Both the position numbers and the translations under genes were made by a program. The notes below the pieces were generated by a model. The model worked only from the letters and a program-made list of their open reading frames with translations. It made no database searches and had not been told where the DNA came from. Below are positions 38,446 through 48,055 of a DNA stretch of 64,000 nt, piece after piece. Within the stretch, counting starts at the first letter, position 1. Every line of letters starts with the position of its first letter. Source of the DNA: an uncultured Rikenellaceae bacterium (GTDB lineage Bacteria; Bacteroidota; Bacteroidia; Bacteroidales; VadinHA17); NCBI GenBank assembly GCA_964640125.1, contig CAZXGG010000005.1, positions 11,416 through 75,415 of the forward strand. The letters are read 5' to 3'.

Positions 38446-38555
38446 TGGATTGTTTAACCCAAAAAAGACCCATGCTTAAAATTTTGTAAATACCTCGGAC
38501 TCTTTAACAACAAATAAAATTGAAATTGTAACTTTACATAGTATAAAAAAATGGT

Positions 38556-39086
38556 TTGAAAAGGAAACTCACCTCTATAGTACTGTTTTTAATGCTTATT
38601 GCACCCGTTATCGGAACATATAGCTGGTTGCAGTACAAAAAGGCTACTGTCCAAAAAGAGGTAAAAAAACAACTTCTTGCCGGAAAAGACAAAGAGGAGC
38701 TGATTTTACTGAAATTTACTAAAAAAGAAGCCGTAACCCAGCTGGATTGGGAGCATTCCAGAGAATTTGAATACAACAACCTGATGTATGACATTGTTAA
38801 AACCGAAACGAAAGGTGATTCAATATTCTACTGGTGCTGGTTGGATTATGAAGAAACACAATTGAACCAGCAATTAAAAAATCTTGTAGCACAGATATTA
38901 GTAAATGATCAGCAAAACAAAGAGAATCAAAAGCGACTGATAACCTTTTATAAATCCCTGTATCATTCAAAACAATCCGCATGGCATGCTCTTATTAATC
39001 AGACAGAGCCAACCACCGATGTTTATACGAGCAATTGGTTATCCATTTCTTTTCCGCCTCCTGTTCCCCCTCCCAGGAAAGGTTAA
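38556..39086 (+). CDS. Small membrane-anchored hypothetical protein with a Pro-rich C-terminus
   Basis: 176 aa, N-terminal TM (IVLFLMLIAPVIG), C-terminal PPPVPPPRKG. Lies immediately upstream of a TonB-dependent receptor gene. Confidence 0.45.
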   Translation: MKRKLTSIVLFLMLIAPVIGTYSWLQYKKATVQKEVKKQLLAGKDKEELILLKFTKKEAVTQLDWEHSREFEYNNLMYDIVKTETKGDSIFYWCWLDYEETQLNQQLKNLVAQILVNDQQNKENQKRLITFYKSLYHSKQSAWHALINQTEPTTDVYTSNWLSISFPPPVPPPRKG

Positions 39087-39175
39087 ACAGATGCAACAGA
39101 TGAGACAACCTGTCATTTTAGGTGGCAAGTTGAATCTGATTGTTTGCCATTATTTGTTTAACCTTAATTTGATTC

Positions 39176-41584
39176 ATGATGAAAAAAATATTCATCGCAT
39201 GGTTAGTGTTGGGTTTGTCCTGTTTTGCTCATTCCCAGACAATAACCATTAAAGATCACGAAACAGGCGAGCCGCTTGAACTGGTGACCCTGATGAGTGA
39301 AAAACCGAAAGCATTTACTACCACAAATGCCCAGGGACAAGCGGACATTTCAGCATTTAAAGAGGCTACAAAAATAGAAATTCGCGCACTGGGTTATAAA
39401 ACAGCAATAAAAAGTTATGCTGAACTGGTATCTTTATCAATGGAGTTGGAATTGATCCCCACAAATATTGGCCTGGATGCCGTTGTGGTCTCTGCAACAC
39501 GCTGGAATCAAAGATCCAATGACGTCCCCTCCAAAATAATCAATATTTCTCCCAAAGAAATGGCTTTACAAAATCCGCAGACAGCGGCTGATCTACTGAG
39601 TATTTCAGGGAAAGTATTCATCCAAAAAAGCCAGCAGGGAGGCGGTAGTCCCATGATCAGGGGATTTGCCACAAACAGGCTTTTGTACACGGTTGACGGA
39701 GTGCGCATGAACACTGCAATATTCAGGGGGGGAAATCTGCAAAACGTGATTTCGCTCGATCCCTTTGCCATTAAGAATACAGAAGTGTTTTTCGGACCCG
39801 GATCGGTTATATATAGCAGTGATGCCATCGGTGGGGTAATGAGTTTCGAAACCCTCACACCTCAGTTGACACTCATCGATAAACCATTGATAACAGGAAG
39901 AGCTTTAACCCGCTATTCAACAGCAAACAATGAAAAAACAGGACATTTCGATATTAATCTCGGATGGGAAAAGTGGGCATTAATTACCAGTATCACGGCA
40001 ACCGATTATGACGATTTGCGGATGGGAAGTCACGGACCGGATGAATACCTTCGCCCATTCTATGTGCAAAGAATTGACAGTGTAGATGTGGTTGTCACGA
40101 ATGATGATCCGAAGGTACAGGTCCCGTCCGGTTACTCGCAGGTCAATATTATGCAGAAAGTACATTTTAAACCCAATGAAAATTGGGATTTTCAATATGG
40201 TTTCCACTATTCTGAAACGTCCGATTATTCACGATACGATAGACACGTGCGGTTAAGAAACGGTCTGCCCCGCTATGGCGAATGGTATTACGGTCCCCAA
40301 AAATGGATGATGAACAACCTGCACATTACCCATGTCGGAAACAATGCCATCTATGATCAAATAACACTTCGTCTGGCACACCAGTTCTTTGAAGAAAGCC
40401 GCATTAGCCGTAACTTGAACAAACCCGACAGGGAAATTCGCATTGAGAAAGTAAATGCCTCTTCTGCCAACCTTGATTTTTTGAAGTCCATCGGTTCTAA
40501 GAATAAGCTATTCTATGGGCTGGAAGTAGTATTGGATGATGTTAATTCAAAAGGAATAAATGAGGACATCTCAACCGGAATAAGTGTACCCGGAGCCACC
40601 CGTTACCCGCAATCAATATGGGTTTCTTATGGAGCATACCTTACGGACCAGTTTAAAGTTACAGAGAAGTTGCTTTTACAGGCCGGTATTCGGTATAATC
40701 ATTTTCAAATTGAAGCGGAATTTGACACTACTTTTTACCCATTTCCGTTCACCACAGCAACACTGGAAAACGGTGCATTAGCGGGAAGTTTTAGTTTTGT
40801 GTTCCGCCCAACGGATAAGTGGGTGATCAATACCAACATCTCAACAGCATTTCGCTCACCCAATGTGGATGATATTGGGAAAGTGTTTGATTCTGAACCA
40901 GGATCTGTAACGATCCCCAATCCAGACCTTGAACCGGAATATGCCTACAATCTGGACTTAGGAATGACCAGGGTATTTAGTGATGCAGTAAAAATTGATC
41001 TTACCCTCTACTACACGATTCTCCAAAATGCACTGGTAAGGCGTGATTATACACTCAACGGCCTGGACAGTATAATGTATGACGGTATATTGAGTCAGGT
41101 ACAAGCTATACAAAATGCTGCCGCCGCCCATGTATTTGGAGTGCAGGCAGGCATGGAAGTTAAGTTTCCGTTAGGATTCGGATTCTCTACAGACTTCAAT
41201 TACCAGGCAGGTGAAGAAGAACTGGATGACGGCACGACCAGCCCTTCCCGTCATGCCCCACCCTGGTTCGGCGTGTCAAGACTGACATATTCTGCCAATA
41301 GATTGAACTTGCAGTTATATGCAGAGTATAGCGGCGAACGAAAATTTAAGGACATGCCGGAAGAAGAAAAAGGGAAAACAGAAATATATGCAGTAGATGC
41401 AAACGGAAATCCTTATTCTCCGTCATGGTATACACTCAATTTTAAGGCTTCCTACCCTTTTGCTGAGAATTTTACACTTAGTGCCGGATTGGAAAACCTG
41501 ACAGATCAGAGATACCGACCCTATAGTTCAGGTATAGTTTCCCCGGGGAGGAACTTTGTCCTTTCCCTGAGAGTGAATTTCTGA
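39176..41584 (+). CDS. TonB-dependent receptor with an N-terminal carboxypeptidase-regulatory-like domain
   Basis: Signal peptide, CarbopepD_reg-like ITIKDHETGEPLELVTL, a plug region (DAVVVSATRW.., MIRGF) and a C-terminal barrel ending ...SLRVNF. Confidence 0.85.
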   Translation: MMKKIFIAWLVLGLSCFAHSQTITIKDHETGEPLELVTLMSEKPKAFTTTNAQGQADISAFKEATKIEIRALGYKTAIKSYAELVSLSMELELIPTNIGLDAVVVSATRWNQRSNDVPSKIINISPKEMALQNPQTAADLLSISGKVFIQKSQQGGGSPMIRGFATNRLLYTVDGVRMNTAIFRGGNLQNVISLDPFAIKNTEVFFGPGSVIYSSDAIGGVMSFETLTPQLTLIDKPLITGRALTRYSTANNEKTGHFDINLGWEKWALITSITATDYDDLRMGSHGPDEYLRPFYVQRIDSVDVVVTNDDPKVQVPSGYSQVNIMQKVHFKPNENWDFQYGFHYSETSDYSRYDRHVRLRNGLPRYGEWYYGPQKWMMNNLHITHVGNNAIYDQITLRLAHQFFEESRISRNLNKPDREIRIEKVNASSANLDFLKSIGSKNKLFYGLEVVLDDVNSKGINEDISTGISVPGATRYPQSIWVSYGAYLTDQFKVTEKLLLQAGIRYNHFQIEAEFDTTFYPFPFTTATLENGALAGSFSFVFRPTDKWVINTNISTAFRSPNVDDIGKVFDSEPGSVTIPNPDLEPEYAYNLDLGMTRVFSDAVKIDLTLYYTILQNALVRRDYTLNGLDSIMYDGILSQVQAIQNAAAAHVFGVQAGMEVKFPLGFGFSTDFNYQAGEEELDDGTTSPSRHAPPWFGVSRLTYSANRLNLQLYAEYSGERKFKDMPEEEKGKTEIYAVDANGNPYSPSWYTLNFKASYPFAENFTLSAGLENLTDQRYRPYSSGIVSPGRNFVLSLRVNF

Positions 41585-41648
41585 TTTAACGTATTATTTG
41601 ATTGATGCATGATTTATTGACTAATTTTGACAGCGAACAAATCAATCT

Positions 41649-42164
41649 GTGATGCTTCCATCCCGTGAAAAAAAGTGGTATGCACTCTACACTAAATCCC
41701 GTACTGAGAAAAAGGTGTATCAATTGCTTAGGGAAAAAAGGATCGAGGCTTACCTTCCCCTGCTGAAAACCCTGAAACGGTGGAGTGACCGGAAAAAATG
41801 GGTGGAAGAACCACTCTTTCGTTCCTATATTTTTATCAGGATCTCGGAAAGGGAACGGCTGGATGCGATACGGACCGATGGTGTTGTACGCATGATCACC
41901 TTTCAGGGAAGACCCGTATCGATCCCCGATAAGCAGATTGAAGCCGTTCGCGCTTACATTAACGAAGGGGAAGACCGGGTGGAAAAGGAAGTTCAGTTCG
42001 AACGAGGCAACCGCGTGGAAGTGACACGCGGCACATTGCAGGGACTGCAAGGAATCATGGTTGAAACCAAAGGGAAAAAACGCGTCATGGTGGAGATTGA
42101 AGGGATTGGTGAGAAGATTATGCTCAACATCCCAAAATCTTCACTGAAAAGTATCCAACCATAA
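41649..42164 (+). CDS. UpxY family (NusG-like) transcription antiterminator
   Basis: KKWYALYTKSRTEKKVYQLL NGN domain and a KOW motif (GNRVEVTRGTLQGLQGIMVE). It sits at the head of a polysaccharide gene set. A TAATTTTG -7 box lies at 41622-41629. Confidence 0.8.
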   Translation: MMLPSREKKWYALYTKSRTEKKVYQLLREKRIEAYLPLLKTLKRWSDRKKWVEEPLFRSYIFIRISERERLDAIRTDGVVRMITFQGRPVSIPDKQIEAVRAYINEGEDRVEKEVQFERGNRVEVTRGTLQGLQGIMVETKGKKRVMVEIEGIGEKIMLNIPKSSLKSIQP

Positions 42165-42252
42165 TAATCAACCTATTTAACCGGAAAGAGAAAACTCTTT
42201 ATTAATTTTGTCAATTCGTTTTTTTGATATTATGCCATTAATCCCTGAATAG

Positions 42253-42966
42253 ATGTTTCACGAATCAAATAACCGATCGATCCTGAAAACCATCTCCTGG
42301 CGTTTCTGGGCAACCATCACCACCGCTGCCCTGGTACTTGCCTTTACCGGACACCTTAAAATTGCACTGGTAATCGGTGGAATAGAGGTCATACTAAAAA
42401 TCGTTCTCTACTATTTCCATGAGCGGGTCTGGAATAAAATATCCTATGGGAAAAAAGAGATCAAACCAAGTGTTATCTGGTTTACCGGCCTTTCCGGTGC
42501 CGGTAAAAGCACCATCTCAGAAGCAGTCTATGAGCGGCTCAAAAAGAAAGGCCTGAAAATCGAACACCTGGATGGTGATGCCGTCCGCAGCATCTTCCCC
42601 ATGACCGGATTTTCAAAAGAAGAGCGGAACAGGCACATCAAACGCGTTGGATTCCTGGCAAGCTTGCTGGAGAAAAATGGCGTGTTCGTTATCGCCTCCT
42701 TTATCTCTCCTTACAAGGAATCAAGGGATTTTGTCCGTAACCTCTGCTCAAACTTCCGCGAAGTGTATGTCTCCACACCACTGACAGAATGCGAACGAAG
42801 GGATTCAAAAGGATTGTATGCCAAAGCACGGAAAGGAGAGATCAAACAGTTTACCGGTATAGACGATCCCTATGAAGTTCCCCAAAACCCTGAAATCACT
42901 GTCGATACCTCAAACCAATCCGTTAGTGAAAGCATCGACTATGTCATGAAAGAACTGGGATTCTAA
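42253..42966 (+). CDS. cysC: Adenylyl-sulfate (APS) kinase fused to an N-terminal DUF2061 membrane domain
   Basis: Residues ~8-60, SILKTISWRFWATITT...LKIVLYYFHERVW, are DUF2061-like with 2 TM. They are followed by VIWFTGLSGAGKST (P-loop), LDGDAVR and SFISPY, the APS kinase motifs. Confidence 0.85.
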   Translation: MFHESNNRSILKTISWRFWATITTAALVLAFTGHLKIALVIGGIEVILKIVLYYFHERVWNKISYGKKEIKPSVIWFTGLSGAGKSTISEAVYERLKKKGLKIEHLDGDAVRSIFPMTGFSKEERNRHIKRVGFLASLLEKNGVFVIASFISPYKESRDFVRNLCSNFREVYVSTPLTECERRDSKGLYAKARKGEIKQFTGIDDPYEVPQNPEITVDTSNQSVSESIDYVMKELGF

Positions 42967-43348
42967 TAAAACTAAACGAACACAAATTGAGACGAAGAGA
43001 CTTTTGGAGGGGGTGACAGTGACTTTGCGATGAAGAGACTGAGGGACGAAGGGAAAAAAGAAAAATGAAAGGTGAGAAGTGAGTAGTGAGAGGATTTCGA
43101 ATTCTCAATCCAACCCCAACTCCTTCTTGCTATATCTAACGTCATCATATGACCATTGCCTTGCCTGCCCTCCTACACTGCAGGAGCAGTTCCGGCGGGG
43201 AGCCCGGCAGGCAGGTTTGACTATCGCATGACCACTTTCCGATTGTTTTGCAACCATCCTGAAGGAAAATCAGTCCTTTTTAATACCCTGTAAAAGGATT
43301 ACATTATCCCACAGGATTATTAAATTTGTTACTACCTAAAAAACCAAG

Positions 43349-44896
43349 GTGTTGAAGAAAGGGCTGATTTTTTTTATCATCGATCTGCTGCTGGTCACCT
43401 TTTCCTTCCTGCTAATTACCTGGATAAGGCCGGGGAGTGTGGGTAGTTATTTTTCCCGGTATTACCTCTCCTTTTTTATTTTTATTGTGATCTGGATTGG
43501 ATCATCTATCCCTTTTAAAAAATACGCTCCACTAAGAAATCCCACCTTTAAAAACGTTATTCTGCCAATCGTAATCAGCAACCTGGTTGCTCTTGGTACG
43601 ATCAGCGTATTAATGTATTTCTTACGGACTACCTACTACTCCCGTGCAATCGTTTTAGGGACAATATTGTTGGCCAGTTTTTTTGAATTCCTTTTCAGCA
43701 GCCTCTATTTCTTCCTTAAAATCGCCATTGAATATCAGAACCCGCCGGATAATGAATACCTGGCTCTCAGGGCACAACAGTTAAACGGAAATTCCAATCA
43801 TGCTGATATTTTTTCAGCAATGCCTGAAAACGGAAAAGCAATTGAATTATCCGGGGAACTCAGAAAACCCATCATTGATGAGTGCGGAGAGGAAGGGTTA
43901 TCTTTTATCTTGAAAAACAATTGTTGCGAATCGGAGGAAACGCTGCTTGTAGCGACTACCACATCATTTAATATTGCAACACAACCCGATAACCGGTACC
44001 GGGCCATCATCAACCTGAAGCGGAGCAACGATATCGCTTACCTGAACCGGTTCTTCGAAGCGGTAAATTCCAAAATTCCTAAAAACGGAACCTTCATCGG
44101 ATGTGTGGAAACAAAAAACCTAAGGAAGCAACGTATCTTTAAAAAATACCCCTTTCTCCTGAATTATTTTTACTATTACTTTTTGGATTTTCCGGTAAAA
44201 CGCCTGATGCCGAAATTTAAAATCACATCGGGTTTGTATCATTTCCTTACCCGTGGCCAGAACCGGGTGATTACCCGTGCCGAAACGCTCGGGCGGCTTA
44301 TTTCCTGTGGATTTGATATCGTCAATGAAGCATACATCGATTCCCTGTTCTATTTTGCAGTAAAAAAAGTCGGGGGACCCTCCTATGACCCCAACCCTAC
44401 CTACGGTCCATTGGTCAGACTGAAACGGATTGGTAAAGGGGGTAAGGTTATCAAAGTACTTAAAATGAGGACTATGCACCCATATGCCGAATACCTTCAG
44501 GATTACATGTATAAGATGCATAACCTGACCGAGGGAGGTAAATTCGATTTTGACTTCAGGGTGTCAACACAGGGAAAAATCATGAGAAAACTCTGGATTG
44601 ATGAACTTCCAATGCTGTTCAACTGGTTTAAAGGTGACCTGAAACTGGTTGGAGTGCGGCCCATCAGTGAGCATTATTTCAACCTGTATGATAAAGAGGT
44701 CCGTGAAAAGAGAACAAAATACAAACCCGGTCTCATACCTCCTTTCTATGCCGACCTGCCAAAAAGCCTCGGGGAGATACAGGAATCGGAAATGCGTTAC
44801 CTTGAAGCGTATGAAGAAAAACCGTTTAGAACCGACTGGAGATATTTCTGGAAGGCAATGTATAATATTGTGATAAAGAGAGCAAGGAGCCAATAA
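43349..44896 (+). CDS. Polyprenyl-phosphate sugar phosphotransferase (bacterial sugar transferase family, initiating enzyme)
   Basis: N-terminal 4-5 TM. C-terminal KVLKMRTM...IDELPMLFNWFKGDLKLVGVRP matches the bacterial sugar-transferase core. GTG start. Confidence 0.75.
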   Translation: MLKKGLIFFIIDLLLVTFSFLLITWIRPGSVGSYFSRYYLSFFIFIVIWIGSSIPFKKYAPLRNPTFKNVILPIVISNLVALGTISVLMYFLRTTYYSRAIVLGTILLASFFEFLFSSLYFFLKIAIEYQNPPDNEYLALRAQQLNGNSNHADIFSAMPENGKAIELSGELRKPIIDECGEEGLSFILKNNCCESEETLLVATTTSFNIATQPDNRYRAIINLKRSNDIAYLNRFFEAVNSKIPKNGTFIGCVETKNLRKQRIFKKYPFLLNYFYYYFLDFPVKRLMPKFKITSGLYHFLTRGQNRVITRAETLGRLISCGFDIVNEAYIDSLFYFAVKKVGGPSYDPNPTYGPLVRLKRIGKGGKVIKVLKMRTMHPYAEYLQDYMYKMHNLTEGGKFDFDFRVSTQGKIMRKLWIDELPMLFNWFKGDLKLVGVRPISEHYFNLYDKEVREKRTKYKPGLIPPFYADLPKSLGEIQESEMRYLEAYEEKPFRTDWRYFWKAMYNIVIKRARSQ

Positions 44897-45218
44897 AAAA
44901 GCGATTTAACAGAAGTAAACGGGCATAAACAAAACCGTTAATCGGTGGTCGGTAACGAATCCCGTTTCGTGGTTCGTTGTTCGGAGAACGATTTTATCTC
45001 AATTTTTTTTGAAACATTAGTGTTATGGTTTATACCGCAAACGATTGACGAAAACCGTTCAACGATACGGGTTTCTTAACCGTTAAACGATAAACGTCCT
45101 TTGAATAATAATTTTTGTATGATTAAAATTCAAGATGAGTGTAATCGGTAATTGTGATTGTTTTATATTCCTTTGTTACCTTTGTTGTTATGCTGATCTG
45201 CCTTGTGGCTAAAATCGT

Positions 45219-46802
45219 ATGAGGAAAATTGTTTACATCGTGCTCTTTATTCTGCCAGTTTGTAAAGCCTATACACAGGAGGTGTATCAGCACATTTCCA
45301 ATACCTCGATTTATCAATTCATAGACGAGTTAGCCAATCAACAGATCATCGACATAAACAGTGCCGTAAAACCTTATACCCGGAGGTTCATTGCGGAGAA
45401 ACTATCAGAAGCAAATGCCACGAGGGAGGAGCTCAACCCACGGCAACAAAAAGACCTCGATTTTTACCTGAAGGATTTTCATAAGGAGCTGAAACCCGAT
45501 AAGCAGTTTAAGAAACGGCGTGACCTGTTCTACTACAAAGATTCCCTCTTCACCTTCTCACTCAATCCCATACTGGGGATCCAATACTGGACAAATAATA
45601 ACGGTTCGGTCTATCACCGGTGGAACGGGGCTGAAGTGTTTGCCTACATTGGTAAACATGTTGGGATCTATGCCAGCCTGAGGGACAATCATGAGAATAA
45701 AAAGATCTCGGAATACAATCAAATAACACAGCGTTTCGGAGCAAATTATAAAGCAAAATACGATTACAGTGAAATGCGGGGAGGAATTACCTTTTCCTGG
45801 AAGTGGGGATCTTTCGGATTGATAAAAGACCATTTCTCCTGGGGTAACAATTACAACGGAGCAAATATCTTTGCGGGAAGAACCCCATCCATTTCACAGG
45901 TAAAACTTCACCTTGAACCCGCTAAATGGCTCGAATTCACCTATACACATGGCTGGCTGGTCTCAGAAGTGGTGGACAGCACAAGAAGCTTTTATTACAC
46001 CACTCCACATGGCGATGAGTACCGCAAGGTTTACCACAATAAATACCTGGCAGCTAACATCTTTACCATCAAACCGTTTGATCGATTCCGGTTCTCTTTC
46101 GGGAATTCCATCATTTACGACCACGAAATCGAAGCCGCCTACCTTACCCCATTCTTCTTCTTCAAATCGATTGACCATACGCTGAATTCTGGGATTGACA
46201 ATCAGAACTCCCAAATGTTCTTTGACATCAGTTCGCGTCAGATCAACCACCTCCACCTTTATGCCACGCTATTCCTGGATGAAATAGCGATTGGGCGTAT
46301 GTTTGATCCGGACGAACATTCCAATTTTTACAGTGCAAAACTGGGTTTCCGGCTATCCAATTTTCCCCTGCAGAACCTGTCGTTAACCACCGAATATACC
46401 CAGACTAACCCCTTGGCTTTCAGGCATTACGTTTCAACCCTGACCTTCGAATCAAACCAGTATAACATGGGCCATTACCTCCAGGACAATGCCAGGGAAC
46501 TTTTTCTTTCCCTCGAAGCAAAACCCATTCGCGGACTTACCCTGCATCTTTCCTATACCTTTGCCCAGAAAGGACCGGATCATACTGCACTGGACTCTAA
46601 TCGCCTTGGTTTACCCTTCATGGAAAGCATTGAATGGGAAAGTAGAATGTTCGCCTTCCGAACGCGCTATGAGGTCATTAATGACGGGTATGTCTTTGCG
46701 GAGTATATGCACCGCAGCGTGAATGGCGTAACGGAATACCTACCCGAAATCTGGCAGGGTACAACCAATACCTTCTCATTTGGAGTGAATTTCGGATTTT
46801 AA
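45219..46802 (+). CDS. wzi: Capsule assembly Wzi-like outer-membrane protein
   Basis: Signal peptide then IYQFIDELANQQIIDINSAVKPYTRRFIAEKL, a Wzi-type N-terminal helical motif. The rest is beta-barrel-like and ends ...FGVNFGF. Confidence 0.6.
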   Translation: MRKIVYIVLFILPVCKAYTQEVYQHISNTSIYQFIDELANQQIIDINSAVKPYTRRFIAEKLSEANATREELNPRQQKDLDFYLKDFHKELKPDKQFKKRRDLFYYKDSLFTFSLNPILGIQYWTNNNGSVYHRWNGAEVFAYIGKHVGIYASLRDNHENKKISEYNQITQRFGANYKAKYDYSEMRGGITFSWKWGSFGLIKDHFSWGNNYNGANIFAGRTPSISQVKLHLEPAKWLEFTYTHGWLVSEVVDSTRSFYYTTPHGDEYRKVYHNKYLAANIFTIKPFDRFRFSFGNSIIYDHEIEAAYLTPFFFFKSIDHTLNSGIDNQNSQMFFDISSRQINHLHLYATLFLDEIAIGRMFDPDEHSNFYSAKLGFRLSNFPLQNLSLTTEYTQTNPLAFRHYVSTLTFESNQYNMGHYLQDNARELFLSLEAKPIRGLTLHLSYTFAQKGPDHTALDSNRLGLPFMESIEWESRMFAFRTRYEVINDGYVFAEYMHRSVNGVTEYLPEIWQGTTNTFSFGVNFGF

Positions 46803-46837
46803 GCTGTACCACTTTTTTTTACAAAATATAGTAGGTA

Positions 46838-47848
46838 TTATTCATTGTGCTCGTACAGAAAAATCTTTGCGGTTTCCGAAATGCTCTGCTTTACCGGTTT
46901 AAAATCGATGCCTGTCAGGTCCCTGATCTTTTTATTTGAGAAACAGGTCTTATGATGTGCTGACCGTGCTGTGTCCCTGGTAAAGAGCTGTGGTCTGAAC
47001 AGGAGTTTACTCACCAGCCAGTCACTGCGCCAGGTTATTCCGGTGAGAAAAGGAGGGGCATAGTGTTTCGGCGGTTTTTGGCCCAACGCGTTTGCAACAA
47101 GCGTGAAAACCTCCCGGTAAGAAAGATTTTCAGACGACAGGATAAAACGCTCCCCTGAAATGGCACTCTCCATCAGGGTAATCATTGCATGGACCACATC
47201 CCACACATCAACATACCCGGTCATGCCGCAGGTGTAAAAACTCAACCCCTTCCAAACGGGTTTAAAAATAGTGGAACTGCTCCTGTTCCAGTCGCCGGGT
47301 CCAATAACAATCGACGGATTGACGATCACAGCGGTTAACCCTTCCCCAATGCCTCTCCAAACTTCCATTTCTGACCGGTACTTGCTGACGGAATAAGCAG
47401 AACGGTGCTTTGAATATTTCCAGATTACCGTTTCATCCACCGCTTCTCCCTGGCGGTAACCGATAGCAGCGGTTGAGCTGACAAAACAGAGCTTTTTTAT
47501 CCCTCTCTCCAGGCAAGCATTGACCACGTTTGCTGTTCCGGAAACATTATTTTCCATCATCTGCTGCTTCTGCTGGGTTACAAAGGAGACCATTGCTGCA
47601 CAGTGGTAAACCCGTTCAACTCCCTCCATCGCTTCAGTGAGCAAGTCAGGGTCCAATATATCTCCTTCAACCCAATCGACGCGTGAAAACAACTCTTCAG
47701 CATCCTCGGAATAATAGGAGAAGGTTTTCTTTACACGTTCGAAATTGCTGGTGGATCTTCTGATCGCTTTCACAGGCTTCCCCTGGCTTACCAATTTATA
47801 GAGGAGGTGCGATCCGATGAGACCGGTACCGCCCGTTACCAAATCCAT
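46838..47848 (-). CDS. NAD-dependent epimerase/dehydratase (extended SDR)
   Basis: VTGGTGLIGSHL Rossmann motif and the catalytic YSVSK (YxxxK). 336 aa. Confidence 0.8.
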   Translation of the reverse strand: MDLVTGGTGLIGSHLLYKLVSQGKPVKAIRRSTSNFERVKKTFSYYSEDAEELFSRVDWVEGDILDPDLLTEAMEGVERVYHCAAMVSFVTQQKQQMMENNVSGTANVVNACLERGIKKLCFVSSTAAIGYRQGEAVDETVIWKYSKHRSAYSVSKYRSEMEVWRGIGEGLTAVIVNPSIVIGPGDWNRSSSTIFKPVWKGLSFYTCGMTGYVDVWDVVHAMITLMESAISGERFILSSENLSYREVFTLVANALGQKPPKHYAPPFLTGITWRSDWLVSKLLFRPQLFTRDTARSAHHKTCFSNKKIRDLTGIDFKPVKQSISETAKIFLYEHNE

Positions 47849-48055
47849 ATCTGCGTTCTTTGATGTATTACCGGTTCGAAAGGTAGTCAGTTGTTTTGAA
47901 ATTTACTAACCCGGAGTTGTCATAATTAATCCTTCCGGTTTACAAGGATAAAATGGCCCATTTGATATAAGAATGCAGATTTATAAGTCCGGAAATGTCT
48001 TCAATTTTTTTTACCTTCGCAGATTGATCAAAAAACCAATTAAAAATAGGATACC

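Noticed and set aside
43204-43211. Shared 8-mer CCTGCCGG/CCGGCAGG between the 43.2 kb hairpin and the ends of the 54.5 kb hairpin island, as evidence of one repeat family
   Set aside because: An 8-mer is expected to recur by chance about once or twice in 128 kb of two-strand sequence. Flanking sequences do not align, so no relationship is claimed.
47849-48055. FMN riboswitch expected upstream of ribE
   Set aside because: The 207-nt upstream region is AT-rich and lacks the conserved FMN-aptamer core words (AGGG...GGGCGAAAUUCCC...CCGGCGGU type). No multi-stem junction is apparent.
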